DNA of 63,840 nt, counting the filler, from Lenisia limosa (lineage: Eukaryota; Protista; Breviatea): NCBI GenBank assembly GCA_001655205.1. It is 11 parts of 11 records of this genome, joined end to end, with 100 filler letters (N's around TTAATTAATTAA, not from the genome) between each part and the next. Parts side by side here need not be neighbours in the genome. Positions count along the whole stretch, not along the records: positions 39,498 to 55,911 come from LPNZ01002873.1; positions 56,012 to 57,521 come from LPNZ01007981.1; positions 57,622 to 61,918 come from LPNZ01003741.1; 8 more parts are not named here. One strand, written 5' to 3'. Below the pieces are notes generated by a model. The model did no database searches. It was not told where the DNA came from and worked only from the letters and a program-made list of their open reading frames with translations. The position numbers and the translations under genes were made by a program. Positions 46,096-60,600 of the stretch are shown here, piece after piece. The stretch's first letter is position 1. Each line of letters begins with the position of its first letter.

Positions 46096-49000
46096 CGTAC
46101 TCTCTCAGGAATTACCAAGGTGCTTTAAGTGGTTATGGAGACGGATCCATTGGAAGGCTCCTTCCCGGGATGGCAGAACTGGCGGTCGAAATGGCGATCG
46201 GAGCGTGCTGTTGGGGCCAGGCAGTGTGATGGTGTAAAGACTGTCTCTCTTCCTTGTATGTTGGGTGACTGTAAATCTCTTAAGTGTCTTGTGTGACTGG
46301 GTGGATGGTTTTATATATCTATGGTATGTTGCATATTGTTAAAGTGCATTTTTTCAATCATCCTACCCCTTTTTTTTAGTATTACAAGCTCACGCCTTTC
46401 AGCTTCACAATACCTTAAGCAAGCTGCGACTTTGTCAGCGCACGATACCCACAGCTTTGTTGTCCAGGTGGGTTATGGGATGCAATGAATATACAGTGTA
46501 GATTTTCTATTGTCTCTGAAATTGAGAAACCATTTGATTATTGAAGTCTATATCATATCTACCTCAATCTCACATTTTACGTATTTGAATGTAACAGTTT
46601 TTTTTTTGTTTTTTTGAACCATATTTACTCTTCTGAAATAACATCCAAGGGATCCTCACTGGCATCTGGAGTGATACAGGTGAGGCTGGGGGATTTAGAA
46701 TGCGGGCTGATTTGTAGTAAGAAATATCGATATACTATGTGTAATATCACACAGCAGTATTTTACAAACTTGAGGTGCGTCTTTTCATCAACCCGATGAT
46801 TGAAGTTATGTGGCATTTCACAAGCCCCATCCTCATTTTGCAGGTTGCAAGATTACTGCGTCCGAAAGATGGAACATCTGCGTCTCTCCAGGTTGGCTTC
46901 CTTTGTCACTCAAATGTGCTGGAAATGAGTACACAGTGCAATTTGATATTGTTGAGGATATGAATACGTTACTGTTTTGTATATGAACCACTCTTTGGCT
47001 CTATTTTCGAAGCCATGATTATTGCTCATATGTTTGTACCCCGAAATTCTTTGTAAGTGTAATTGAGCTTGAGGTTCTCAACCGAATCCGGCATGGCTCC
47101 CCCGTTTTATCCCTGGACTGGCGAGAGTCTATGCTGTTCTGTGGAGGAAACAAGGTAGGAAAAGTCGACCATAAAGCCATAAAACGGTTGTTTTGGGTGA
47201 TATCTGTGTTGGTTCATTTTTACAATCCTCAATAATGTCTTGCTTAATTGCGGATATAAGGCAAGCCCAACTTCTCTTGACTCCTTGCAGATTTCAATGT
47301 ACAATATCGACGCTGTGGCCGCCACTAACACTCGGGAAGTTGACCAATATGGAATGTTGGATNNNNNNNNNNNNNNNNNNNNNNNNNNNNNNNNNNNNNN
47401 NNNNNNNNNNNNNNNNNNNNNNNNNNNNNNNNNNNNNNNNNNGCTATGATGGTGTTATTTTCTCATACATTAGTCCCATCCCCATTCCCATGACAAGAGA
47501 GGACTACCAGTTGCCCACTTTAGACACAGCCTCTCCATCGATTCCCGGCAAGTTCACCAGGTCGAACCGCATCAATTCCCTGGCTGTTAATCCGTGCACA
47601 GTGGGTTTGTAATTTATGCTAAATAGTATTCCACGAAGTTCAAAGGGCAGGTGGGTGGGCTCAATATATCGTTTTCCCGAATTTGTCATTTTAATGTCCA
47701 TTTGCAATCACCAAACTACTATTGTGTATTTGACCTGTAGCCTCTTATTTCTTCCTCCCACAGCATGGGACGTTGGCAGCCATCAGAGACGACTCACTCA
47801 TGTTTTGGGACTTGGAACGCCCGGCTGAGGTCTCCTCTGTTAATTCGGTGTGCTGTGAGGCTTTGACAGACGTGTGTCCCTGCTATTATCAACAATGCGC
47901 CTAACTCACACTTAACTCTAGCACATGTTAGTTGTAACATTGTTGGTATAATGAGCATCTATTGTCAAAAATATGGTCAAAGACCTACCCATCACGCACT
48001 TAATCATCACCGGCATGTCCACCTATCATATCAGTCCATATCACCACCTAATCTCACTGTTTAGACATTTACGGCCCCTCTCACGGACCTTTCATGGAGT
48101 AGGCACAATCCATCCCGACTCGCCGTATGCGGTTCAAGAGTAAGCATCGGTGTGAGTAGTGATACCCTCAATGTACAGGTATTTCTCAATAACAGAAATT
48201 CTACCCACTTCTCAAAAATCCATATTGTCGCTGAAGGATAGAAAGACTTGCTGGTAATCTGCCTAATTAATCGCGCATACTTTTGTGTTTTACTTAGTAA
48301 TCTTGTCTTTTGCTTTGATGCAGGAATCTATTTACATGGAAAATATGGTTACTATGTACCACCACATGTTGAGTTGTTTGAGTGGGTTATCTACCACCAC
48401 ATGTTGAGTTGTTTGAGTGGGTTATATCATCAATAACCATTTAGATGGTTCGCGTTGTAGATACAAGACAGAAGCAAAGTAGCAAAAAATCTGTGGTATG
48501 TCTGAAGTCAATGTTATTTAACTGTATTTCAGTACTTTTGTTATCACTACAAATGATATGTGAAATGTTTATTATATAAAATATGGAACTACTTATTACT
48601 GATCCTTAGATTTGGCGTCATACATCTGAGGAAGACTTGGTGACAACAGTGTCACTGAACCCCTTGATTCCTTTCTGGGTAGGGATTTTGACTCATATTA
48701 CGATCAGTTTATCAATTGTCTAATGTCAAAGTTTTTTTAATTGGTTTACTGTTTCATGGTTTATAACTTTAGTACAATATTTATTGATTATTATTCGCTT
48801 TTTGCACTGCTTACATGACCTCCAGCTCATGTCTGCGGGCTATGACGGCATGGTCAAGGTGTGGGACCTCCGAGCCCAAAGTGAGCCGGCCGCTATCATC
48901 CGAACCGGCTCCGGCGTTTCAGCTGTTGGGGGGGGGGGGGGTAACTAAGAAGNNNNNNNNNNNNNNNNNNNNNNNNNNNNNNNNNNNNNNNNNNNNNNNN

Positions 49001-52000
49001 NNNNNNNNNNNNNNNNNNNNNNNNNNNCTACCGTAATATTATGTGGCAAAATGGCTTAATACATGTACATTATATATCATATGTATGTACTTCCAAATCC
49101 CATTTATTCAAAATCATCTATTCATTTGCCCAGGCTAATTGGTCCAATGTACACAGTGATCACCTATGTTGTTCGTCGTCCAATGGATCTATTCAAGTAT
49201 GTCCTTTTGAGCGTTATTTGATATTTCCAGAGACATTATTATTTTTCAGTCTTGTTTTTAAAGTCCAAATAAAGTCAAGATTAGAAAGAATCATATAATT
49301 CTGGCTTGATATTCGAAAGCGGGCTTTAACGTTTTGTCAATTTAGCATTAGGAAGTAAGAGGAAAATCACAACTTAGGGGAGAGACAGCTGTTAATGATG
49401 TTCCTTTGGTCCACGTTTGTGGAGTGTTTCTTAATTATTATAGATCTTCTCTCTTCGACACGAACCGGATTACTGCATTATGAAGGACACTATCACTCAC
49501 TCCTCGCCCGTTGTCGACGGTTGGTATCACTAACACCACTCTCTATTTTACTGACATTAGCCTGGTATTTTTATTTTTTGCTTATCGTTATTATTAGCTC
49601 TTTTTGAAATTTTTCTATTGCCAGTATTTACACCTTTGAATTATGGTATTTGTTACATTTGTCAAATCACTGCACCTTGTATTGGAATTTTTTTTTATTG
49701 TATTTCCTTGTTTTGATGATATCGTTTTTAATAGTGCAGTTTGCTGGAACTCCAATACGCCGACAGTATTCTCCACCTCCAATTCAGGCATGCTTGCTGC
49801 CCACTCCCTGTCCACCGCTCTTTTGGGCCAAACTGTTGTCCATAGGTATGTGGGCAATCCTCCGCCACAATTGTACGATGATATTGATTGTATTAGTATT
49901 GTGATTGTGTTAGCTCGCCCTGATCTATGATAGTGTATGGTATGATACTGAATAAGTAATCCATATTCCGGGCTTTATTGTGGTACAAGAAGATATGAAT
50001 TGAAACTTGATTCCTCTTTTTGGGGAAATTTGCCATTTGTTTTGATGCCGTTCTAATACCTTCCCTCTATTGTTAAACACCTTTCTTATTCCTTCACTCT
50101 TTAGCTACACGCCGGCACATCAGTCAGAACGTTCATTGGAGAGTTTGGTCTACTGCAGGTTTGCGAAATCTCTGTTTCTCCCCGCCTGTTACCTTTTGTT
50201 TATCTTACCAGTGGCAGACCACTAATTTTTATTTTGTTTCTAATATGAATATGACATTAAATGTGTATATGAACCACATTAGCAAATAAATGGTATGGTG
50301 ATTACCCTTATTTTAACAGGGACGTTGAGGGAGCTTTACAATCGTCATTGGACTTGGCTGCCTACAGGCTTCAAGGAGACCGGTTAGTGGTTAATGTCGT
50401 GCCTTCATTTCAGCTGTGGTATAATAGAAATACTTGTCTTTGAATATTTTTTACTAAAGCAAGTCCTATAAAATTTGATGGAATTGGGCGGCCTCGGCAG
50501 GAAGGTTCTTGTGTTTTTTTATTATTTCTACACATTATCCTTAATATAGCTGGAAGACGTTATAGCCTTGGGGATGATTTGGATAGCCACAATTTCCACC
50601 CACCCCCAGAATGGTTACATCAATCATTTAACCCAAACTAGAATTGAAGATGCAGCAAATGCAATGTCGATGGTTGAAGTTGCTGAAATAACCCAGGTGA
50701 GAATGGAACCAAGGCCACCCCCTTGGTTTGAACTTTCAACTTTAGTAGTTTGAAACAGAATAGATATTACTATGATTATGTTGTCTTGAAATGTCTCAAT
50801 GTGATATTTGGCTACAACATCTGTTTCTTTTTTTTTTACTCTGTCCAGGCTACCGCCAGTAATGTGTCGCGACTCGCAATGGCACGTGAGGCCTACTCCT
50901 CTGATCTCCCCAAGTTCCACAACAAGTTTGCAAGATGATCCTCCAACCCCACCCTACACCGCCTACATATCCCTATGTGCCTTTCCTCTTTCTCAATAAC
51001 GTTTATTACCACTAAGACCTTTCTTCATAATCCTTCCAGGTTCCCCCCAGGGATGGAGTTTTTAATATCTGAAGAACTTGAGGCTAAACTGTCCCTCATG
51101 AGGCTGGTGATTGAACTGTGCAGGGTATGAGGGATGAAGGAAATACTATAGGGTTTCCTTAAGTTCCAGAGTTCTTATAAGGTTGAAGTGAAACGCTGAA
51201 CATATTATTTTTAATCAACTATTTTACTCTCTCCATTTGCATAAGACTACATGCTGCTTCGCACTTTCATCTGATATATCCATAGACACAACAATCCTCA
51301 CCAACCAGACTGTACGAACCTACGAAATCGCTTACTCCGAAGCTGCGGGACATTTGAGTTCTTTGCAAATGACTAGCGGGCAAGAGGCAAGCCCTGACCA
51401 GGTGTGTTATTTACACTGCCGCCCTAATAAATTTATACAAAAGATAATGATCAGTTGATGACAAAGGCGACGTAGTGTACATTCTCAACTATTCTGGTCT
51501 AGTACCCCTTTTTTTTCTCAGTGCTATATTAAATGTATTTCAATCTTTCCATCAATTTACCTCTACCCATGGTTCCCATTTGATATGATATTTATGGTCC
51601 AGGAAGCATTACTGTCTTCTGCCGAAGCCACTTTCGATAACCTCACTGATAATATGCTCGAGGACATTTGCAACATTTGGCCGAATATCAGGGTATGAGC
51701 TGGAGACTAACACGATGTTTTGGTCAAACTATAACCCAATTTTGTAAAATAAAGATGATTTGTGGTACTGTACTATTTCAGTGTACTCTATATTTATATA
51801 TATATATATATATTTTCATCGTCTTTGTTGCCAGGAGTTACCGCAATAGGATGCAGTAATGGAAGCGCCGGGAGCTTTGACTGTGGCACCTTTGGCGGTA
51901 AGCTTCCAATCCATGTTTTTTGTTCAAATGATTTGACAACGCCCTTATTCTAACAATGATCCGTATCAAGTCAAATTGTGATACTATGGGCTTCTATCCA

Positions 52001-54843
52001 CAAATACTCATCCAATCTCACTCCAAATTTACGTTTTTGTTTTTAACCGTTGGTAATTGATTTTTATAAATCAAATCAGGAGAGCTCATTACGAGTTCCG
52101 TATCATTCAATTCAATGACTCACGGTTCCAGAAAGCTCTGCAGGTCGTATGTAATGCTGACCAAATCACTGGCCTGAAAATGATACTTGAACTGATCAAT
52201 GTTGCTGGGCCGGACGGCAAAATGAGGTGGCCGATTTGTATATTAATGACAGACATGCATTCTATTGAACGCCTTTGGGATTCTGCATGTGAATCCCTCA
52301 CCCATTGTAATAAGTAATCACCTTTCACCTGTTATAATAAGGATATCTTAACCGCCCTCATATGCTACAGTGAGTTTATGCCTCTGACGCGATGTGCTCT
52401 ATGTCCCACGATGTACAACGTAACTGAGGCCTCTAAAGACCCCAGGAAAGGCGGAATTGCCCTTCCAAAGCTTCAAACGGGGAGTCCTGGGGTGGGTTGC
52501 GAGTGAATTACTCTATTTATTTGTTCTTAATAGTACCCGTATTGATGAGCTTGACAGTTTGTTTTTGTGTTTAATCTTTTAGCCCACACCACCAACTTCC
52601 CCACGACAAAGTGCTGCAAACTCACCTCGTGATGTAAGAGGGGGGGGGGTGCAAAAACCGATGGAGTTTTAGAAAGACTTCCTTTTAGTCCGAAAAAATG
52701 ACATAAAATATTATTCTTCTGTGAAGATATACTGTGTACTATGTCACAACACTCATTTTTTTTTGTTCCAAAATCCCAAGATTTGGTGCTGGAAAGATGA
52801 TTGTCATACCCTGATTATTGCAGCACCCGTCTGGGCGCGAGGCGTGCCAACGTGCGCGTGCAGATGAGGATGCATATTTCAGAGACTACGCACGAACATC
52901 AGATCAAATTGCCCTCAGAATGTTTGAATGGCAGTTTCAACCTTTTTTTCTTTTGGAAGCGTTTCTGTCTTCAGTTGTTTTTATCAAGTTACCTTTTTCA
53001 GCGATGTTTTGACTCTGATTCGCAACGAAGCCTCCCCTGAAGCGGTGGTTTTGAGGTATGTGTGAAAGCATCCTGAGTAACGAGTTGAGCACCAATAGAT
53101 ATATATGTCATGTATGATATTGAAATCCGTTAAGGGGGATACTTAATCAAATCACAAAAGATCAAGCATGATTTTGAATCCAAAGTCTGTGTACTCACAT
53201 TTTCAACACTTGGGTTGCTTTTAGTTGACATATTCAGAGTGCAAAATGATCCAGACCTGCCACTCAATGCAGACATTCTTGTGACCTACATTCGGGCTCA
53301 TGCATTATGTAATGTAAGCGGTTTAAGACGATATAAATTAACATTACAATGTCTGATTTTTGATTGAAGGCTTGTTCATCAAGGCCACGTCTTCACCGCT
53401 TCAGTCGTTCTACCAGGCTTTTAGCATTGGGCTGGACGTTTTAAGAACAACCGAGGTTTGTGATGCTCACAATAATGAGTGCTATTTCATCCGATTCTGG
53501 CTTACACGAAACAATAACTGTATCATATTCGGCGTATAATGCCTTTTAGGGACTTCCGATCCATACAACCATCAGCACCATTCTCAGAGACCAAGTCAAA
53601 CCCGCCTTCCACAACCTCTTGAAGGAAAGTCTTGTCCCGGTGGTATGTGGAATACAAAGAAAACCTTTACATTTGTATTTTTAATTCGTGCCAAATTAGG
53701 GGGGCATTTCTCTCATATAGAGAAGGGGGGGGGGGGGCTNNNNNNNNNNNNNNNNNNNNNNNNNNNNNNNNNNNNNNNNNNNNNNNNNNNNNNNNNNNNN
53801 NNNNNNNNNNNNNNNNNNNNNNNNNNNNNNNNNNNNNNNNNNNNNNNNNNNNNNNGGATGGGATGAAGGTTTTTGAGAGTGGTGTTTGTATCCTCTAAAC
53901 AGCAGAAAATGACGGACGGGGCAGCGAAGTGTCTGCACAACGCTGACCTTCTTGAGGTTGCTAGCAGACAGGTTTGCAACTTGGGTTGTGGTGCTTAATG
54001 ATCTGACATTCTAATGCAATATACAAACAATGTGGAAGAAGTGACCTTAAGACTGTCAACTGAATTACTGGCGACTGGATAAATCATATAAAGTTGTATT
54101 CCTTCACTAAATAAGAACCCTTGATCGCGCTTAGTTTCTCCCTTGTCATTAGCTACATGTCATACTTACATGCCGTTGTGTTACCTTGTACAGTGTGTTG
54201 CAATTGCCTACCAAATTGAGCCGAGATTCTACGACAAAGAGCGAGTCAGCTACTCCGAAACTATTTCGTGGGCTTGTGACGGAAAGGAATACGTATTAAC
54301 TATAATTCTGTCTTTTGACATGGTGAAGACTTTTAACATATTTTATAGAAGAGGAATTATAAACTTTTTCTGTTGAGTCAGCTCACCCTTCACAGTCAAC
54401 TTGCAGACTCAATGAAAGCATGCTACTCCAACCTCGACCAGTTGCGAGACCTTTTGGATGTTCCGCTCGGAAGGTCTGCATCTGAAAAAGCCTTTAAGTT
54501 TTCTGGCAATACTTTGTTTTCAACCCCCCCCCCCTCTCCCTTTTGAGTGAGCACTCCCTCACGTGACAGGCGGGCTTATTCCATGGTAAAAATGCTGACA
54601 GAAGCGACGGCAGGGGCCAATCCTCATAAGGTATGTGGACATAATACTAACTCTTGTGGCTAGTTGATTCTTTTATGGCACTTTTATCATACCAAAGCGC
54701 TACCATACATTCCTGATTTTCGGCAAAATGCGCACTTCAAACAATTAGGGTGACTCTTAGTCATATTTTAGGAAACCAAGGAGGCGGCTGAAAAGATGGT
54801 TAAAATTGTTGAGTCTTGGGCTGAGGCTGATGACCCGTTCTAA
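46096..54843 (+). CDS. Large WD40-repeat protein with a helical C-terminal region
   Basis: DDSLMFWDLERP; LTDLSWSRHNPSRLAVCG; LVTTVSLNPLIPFW|LMSAGYDGMVKVWDLRA; AVCWNSNTPTVF; last exon ..SWAEADDPF* (TAA 54841-54843); start approximate. Confidence 0.75.
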
Positions 54844-55191
54844 ATGAGCTGATTTATTATTTATTGTTTCTTGATCGATTTTTTCACACAGTAAATTGAT
54901 CAAGTTTTCGATTGGTTTTTTTTTATTTCCATTCGTTTTCTACATCTCGCGGTCATGCTTTAAAGCCACCTGTTGTACCCTAGGGGCTCCGAGCGACGCT
55001 TTGGGGTGTTCAGAGTGTTATAATCCAAACGCTAACCGGAATTAAGGAATTGAGCCGCAGAGAGAGCCATGCGCCTTGCGTAACTTGCGTCATATTTCGA
55101 GACCAATCCAACAAAAAGGAAGACATTACAATGAATCAGAAAAACTAACAAAAAAAAACAACCCAAACGTAGAAATAAAATAAAATACAGA

Positions 55192-55911
55192 CTATTGCAA
55201 GATCTCAGCACGGTCCTTCCCTCTTGGTTCACGCTGCTGCGAACGATGGTACATCTCGTCATCACTCACTGACTTGATACTCCGGAACATGTCCTGGACG
55301 AGTGAACCGATGGTTGAAGGTTACTCCCATCAATGATTCGATTCATGGGCCTTATGTATACAAACAGTGACCGGGATAAGTCTTTACCGAATGATTTCAT
55401 AAGGAAAATCGGTCAAGACTTATCCCGGTCACTGTATATCAACATGATAACATAGTAATGGCAGTACACAGCACCTGGATTTGTTCGATTGGCTGGAGGT
55501 TGTAAGGCGTCTGTTGATAGGTCATGATTTCACTGATAACGCCATAGACAAGCTGAATCGTGAGGGCGTATCGAAAAATCAGAATGTGGAAGTAATCTCA
55601 AGAAATGAGAAATCAGACCTTGCGTTTGGAAAAGTTAATCAACTTGGTACCTTCAGAGGAGCCGGATATCATATTGGGGTTGCCATCCTGCGGTGTAAGT
55701 TGGGTGAAGGAATGCAAATTTGAAATACAGGGCTATGTATATACAAATGAAGAAACAAGAAGAAAAATAATGGTAGTCTCTGGATATCGGTCCAACAAAA
55801 AGGACCATTTCGCCAGTTGTTTACCTCAGTAAACGTCAAATCCGTGAGTGCCACTCCAAGGTAGGGGATGCACGGGGGGTCCACGTTATGTAGAATCTCA
55901 CGGTAGTTCTG
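55192..55911 (-). CDS. RasGEF (CDC25 domain), C-terminal fragment
   Basis: YREILHNVDPPCIPYLGVALTDLTFTE|DGNP..LINFSKRK|..EIMTYQQTPYNLQP|..DDEMYHRSQQREPR. Confidence 0.95.
55365..55434. mobile_element. Tc1/mariner-type MITE, RasGEF intron
   Basis: CAGTGACCGGGATAAGTCTTTACCGA...TCGGTCAAGACTTATCCCGGTCACTG|TA. Confidence 0.9.
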
Positions 55912-56011
55912 NNNNNNNNNNNNNNNNNNNNNNNNNNNNNNNNNNNNNNNNNNNNTTAATTAATTAANNNNNNNNNNNNNNNNNNNNNNNNNNNNNNNNN
56001 NNNNNNNNNNN

Positions 56012-57521
56012 GGTTGTAGGGAAGCCGGCACCATCACCCTTGTCATAGAACTGATACATAGCACCTCGCATGATGCGGCTAAGAGGTCAGCAACAATCGG
56101 TCAAGACAGATACGATGATAAATGGCGCTCATGAAAAATCACTAATATTTACATAACTTTGCCGCTCATCATATCAATGTCTGATATGGTAACAATGAGA
56201 AACAGAAAAAGGTTGGGCTGACCGTCCAAACTAAAAACTGAGCTCCAATACCCTACATAAAAGGTCACTAAACCACACCCACCCAGTTCCAAGGTCACTA
56301 AACGTGCTGCCCCAGTACGGGCATCCGACAAAGAGATGGTCGGCTTTGTCAAGATGGTTCGTGCGGGCGGCCTGGGGGGGGGGGTAATGAAAAAAGAAAA
56401 AAGAACAAAACAAAGCACAGAATAATCTGCCCCCCCCCCCGCACCAGCATAGACCAGAAGCAGCGCGAATCAGTGGTAGTGGTGGTGGCTGTCAGCTCCT
56501 GAGGGTGTGAACTTCTCGGGGTACAAATTCTTGTTTATCGTCACGCCAACACTCCTCGATATACCCCCCAAAAATAAAAATAATTCTGATGAAAAAACCC
56601 GCCGCGCATAATCTTCCCCCCCCCCTCCCCNNNNNNNNNNNNNNNNNNNNNNNNNNNNNNNNNNNNNNNNNNNNNNNNNNNNNNNNNNNNNNNNNNNNNN
56701 NNNNNNNNNNNNNNNNNNNNNNNNNNNNATGAGATCGAAAGTGGAGTAAAATCGGAGAATTTATGAAACAAAAAGCCTAAAATAAACTCTGTTGGCTGAC
56801 AACACACGGCCAGTCACTTATGCAGCACCACATCCCATCACTCCAACAAAACAAACAAAACCCAGGCCAGTCGCTTCTGCAGCACCTCATCCCATCACTC
56901 CGAGGGGGTGACATTAACTACCTCAGTGCAATCAATTGCCTAAGGAAACTAATCTCCAATATTTGAAATTAGTGAGCCTGAGACGGTGTTTTTGTTACAA
57001 TTTATCCTTCAAAATTCAAAAATTTCTCAATGAAAAAATGATATTTTATAATTTCATTCGTGTCCAAGAAAGCTCATGATGCCTATCAGCTTCTGCTTTC
57101 TGATACCCTTATATTTACTCATAACTCCAGATTCTATTTGAACAATAAAACCCTATCCCTTACCCATTTTGACTTTGGTGTCATCAGCAAGGGGGGCTCC
57201 AATCACAAGGTCTGAGAACCTGAAGGGTGAAGCTATGTCAAAGGGATACATTACAGAGTGACAAGACGAAGCCCTCCGATCAGAGATCTTGATGGGAATA
57301 CTCTAACAATCATTTGCCTTTTTGGGCTTCACTTCGGTTCGAAAAAAAAAAGAATAAATTTCTCGATAAATCCTCGAAAACTATCAATATTTTACCAGTA
57401 TTTTTCGAACTGAAGTGAAGCCCTGTGTATTCCACCTTTCCTTACCCCTTTATTCCCCAATACCCCCGTACCCAGAGCCGTCAAAGTCGCCAAAAGCCAC
57501 GGAGAACCCGAACAGTTCGGG
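56012..57521 (-). CDS. FG-GAP (integrin-alpha beta-propeller type) repeat protein, internal fragment
   Basis: ELFGFSVAFGDFDGSG|FSDLVIGAPLA; second repeat DHLFVGCPYWG..RGAMYQFY. Confidence 0.8.
57322..57425. mobile_element. hAT-type MITE (subfamily A), FG-GAP gene intron
   Basis: TTGGGCTTCACTTCGGTTCGAAAA...TTTTCGAACTGAAGTGAAGCCCTG. Confidence 0.85.
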
Positions 57522-57621
57522 NNNNNNNNNNNNNNNNNNNNNNNNNNNNNNNNNNNNNNNNNNNNTTAATTAATTAANNNNNNNNNNNNNNNNNNNNNNN
57601 NNNNNNNNNNNNNNNNNNNNN

Positions 57622-60600
57622 AATTCAACAGTTTCAGCAGTAGTTTTCATTACAAGCTGTCCTACTTATTAGCAGCAAAGCAGGCCTTGTTCATGGAGGA
57701 TTCCAGGAGAGCGTCATGAGTACCTTGTCTATTTCATAAGATAAGCAGTGACGACATTTAGTCAAAATTGTGAAAAATATACTAATATCACCAATACTAT
57801 ATGATAGTAAATGGGTTAAATTCACACAGCGTGTTGTATTCTCTAAAATGAAACTCAAGCCCTCTTATCATGCTCAAAGAAGACACCCCCCAAAAGGGCA
57901 ATCCAAGTCCTCTCACATATAGCCTCGAAATTCCGGGTGGTAGAGTTTGCGGTTGGTGGTGATCTACGGAGTTAGAGCCCGAGGAGTCGAGGCTATACTT
58001 GAGCATCCTTTCCATCTCAAAAAGGACAGATGGTTTCTGGTCTTTTTTGGAGCGGAGCAAAACTTACATTACATATGCATATGATATATCTTTGTCTTAA
58101 ATAAATAGCTAAACTGAGGCAATTCCCCAGTTGCCTTACAACTTGATATGATATGGTATGTGGTATGTGGTATCAGCCTACAGTTTTATGGACACGGTTG
58201 CGACAGCCGCCTGGAGGGTCAGAAGGGCATATGACGGAGGGGGGGAGGTGTGAAAGGTCATAATGAAGGCTGGATGGCCAACAATTAGGGGTTACTTTCA
58301 AAGAAAGTAAACACCGCCATTGCCAAAAACGGATAATAATCCAATAATACTTGTTTCTCTAAATTGCTCCCTCATATATCCCACATGTTCCGTTGACCTC
58401 AGTTGTCTCGGGGTAAATAGTCCACATTCCAATCTCGGCCGCCTGGGAGTCGGCATAAACCGTATTGATCTCCTGAAAGTGTCATTAGTATGTAATACAT
58501 GCATATTACATACGATATCATCATATCATCAGATAATAAAAAAAATAAGGTTGCATCTGGCCGAAGCCGTCCACTCCATCACGCTTATACGATATATTGA
58601 ATAATAATGCACCCAATCATTCGCCTTACAACTCTGAAAGCTGCAGCTTTCTGCGTACCTCATACATACTACATAGTATGTATATCATTAGATACTGACG
58701 CCATTTATTTGATTCTACTAATGGCACATTCGAAAGGACATAACGGACGGGAAGTGGTGCGTATTATTCTTCTGGTTCACGTTAACCTATCCCCTTGGTA
58801 AATTCGTCCACTGACCTTGACAACACTGTGGCAATAGAGGGCACAGTCGCGAGCGTCAAGAAGCATGAATAAGAGATCCAGTGATGGACACTGTTGCGAC
58901 ACTGAATGGTTACTTAGAGCTGTCTATGGTTAGGAAAAGTATTGGTAATTAAATGCACTATTTTTTTGTTCCGATTTGAACATTCATCAAATATCGGCAT
59001 TCCCTTATTCCTCTTGCACTCTCTCTTTGACCTCCTCAAGCCTGACAAACCTTCAGTCCTCGCGTGTTTGAATTTGATGAAGAAACAATCTGCCGTGAGC
59101 CCAGTGCCGCACCTAATGGAGCGCGGAATTTCCGATGATACGATGCTGTGTAGCAGTCATCATCATTTCGAAAAAGTTGTACAACAATTAATATTATATC
59201 GATAATCATATTGATAACACGATGATAGCCATCTAGGGCTAAATAATATTATTGCCTCCTTTTCCATACCAACATCCAAAATATATATTATATTATACAA
59301 TATATATACATATCATATATATAAAATCGGGTGAAGGTAGGCATAGACAAAAACGTCTTCACCTTATGAAAGGGTTGACCGGATGCAGTGCTGCGTGGAT
59401 GGAGTCATTCAGAATATCCGTTTCGTCAATTTCGTCATCGCTTGAGGTCTCTTCATCCTCAGGAACTTCAACATCCTCAACAGCGTTCTCAGTCTCCTCA
59501 GTTGCGGTGGCAGCGTCAGGCTCCTCTGCTTGTATGTCTTGAGGTATCACCTGAATAGGGGGGGGGGGNNNNNNNNNNNNNNNNNNNNNNNNNNNNNNNN
59601 NNNNNNNNNNNNNNNNNNNNNNNNNNNNNNNNNNNNNNNNNNNNNNNNAGATATCATAAAAAAATACTAATAACAATTAAAGCAATAGACATCGTGCTCC
59701 TCCTACATCCACAACAAAACTGATGAACAGTAATACACGTATATCCTGATAAAATCCTGTATTTTGCATAGAGCAACCCAAAACTGATATTGTAATGAGG
59801 CTGTGAACTATCTCTTATCAGTACAAAACGCAGGTTCAACTCCAATCCCAAAAAGAAACATCAATACCCGAGAGATATTGATAACCTTGGTAAACAGGAA
59901 AAAACAATATCCCAATGGAGCACAATTCCCTTGAAGGTGGAGAACACAATATCTGTTTTTACAAAAGCACATCTCATATCATAATCAAATGATCAAAGAG
60001 AAACCTCATAGAATCCCCCTTTCCCCCACCTCATCTGTGACAGACAAAAGTGAGACAGCTTCGGGTAGAGTATTTTCAATTTCTCTTTGAGTATTTTCAG
60101 GTTCTGTTTGTGCATTTTCAGGTTCGGAGATCACGGGAGCTGATTCTGTAACAAGGCTTTCCGGAGCCTCATACGCTTCACAGCTTTCGTGAGTCCTAAA
60201 GCAGTTAATGCAATCAATTTCCACTCATGATTGAGGAGGTTGTGATCGCGTTAATGAACGTGATGCCTCATCATAGGAGGAGTATAGATTAGGAATCTAT
60301 ACTTCTCCTTGCCTCATATTTTAACAAACCCCACTACAGTCCCCCCTCAATAACAGAGGATGAACTTCATAAAACCAACGTTTGTTGGATTTCTTGGGCT
60401 GCTTCGGCTGGCTGTTCGTAAGATGGTGGCGCTTCAGCTACAAAATAAATGAAGATCAAAGGGAGCTGGGAAACAGGAATGATCCCATCCATGGACAACA
60501 CCAAGGAAAGGATGGAACCAAGGCAACAACCTACCTTTTTGAGCCAGATTTCTTAATTCAAGATCAGGAGCACGGGGGGCAGGTCCTAGAACGTCCTCTG

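Noticed and set aside
48120-48140. GCCGTATGCG resembling group II intron domain V
   Set aside because: It lies in a WD40 coding exon (RLAVCGS) and lacks the rest of the domain V helix.
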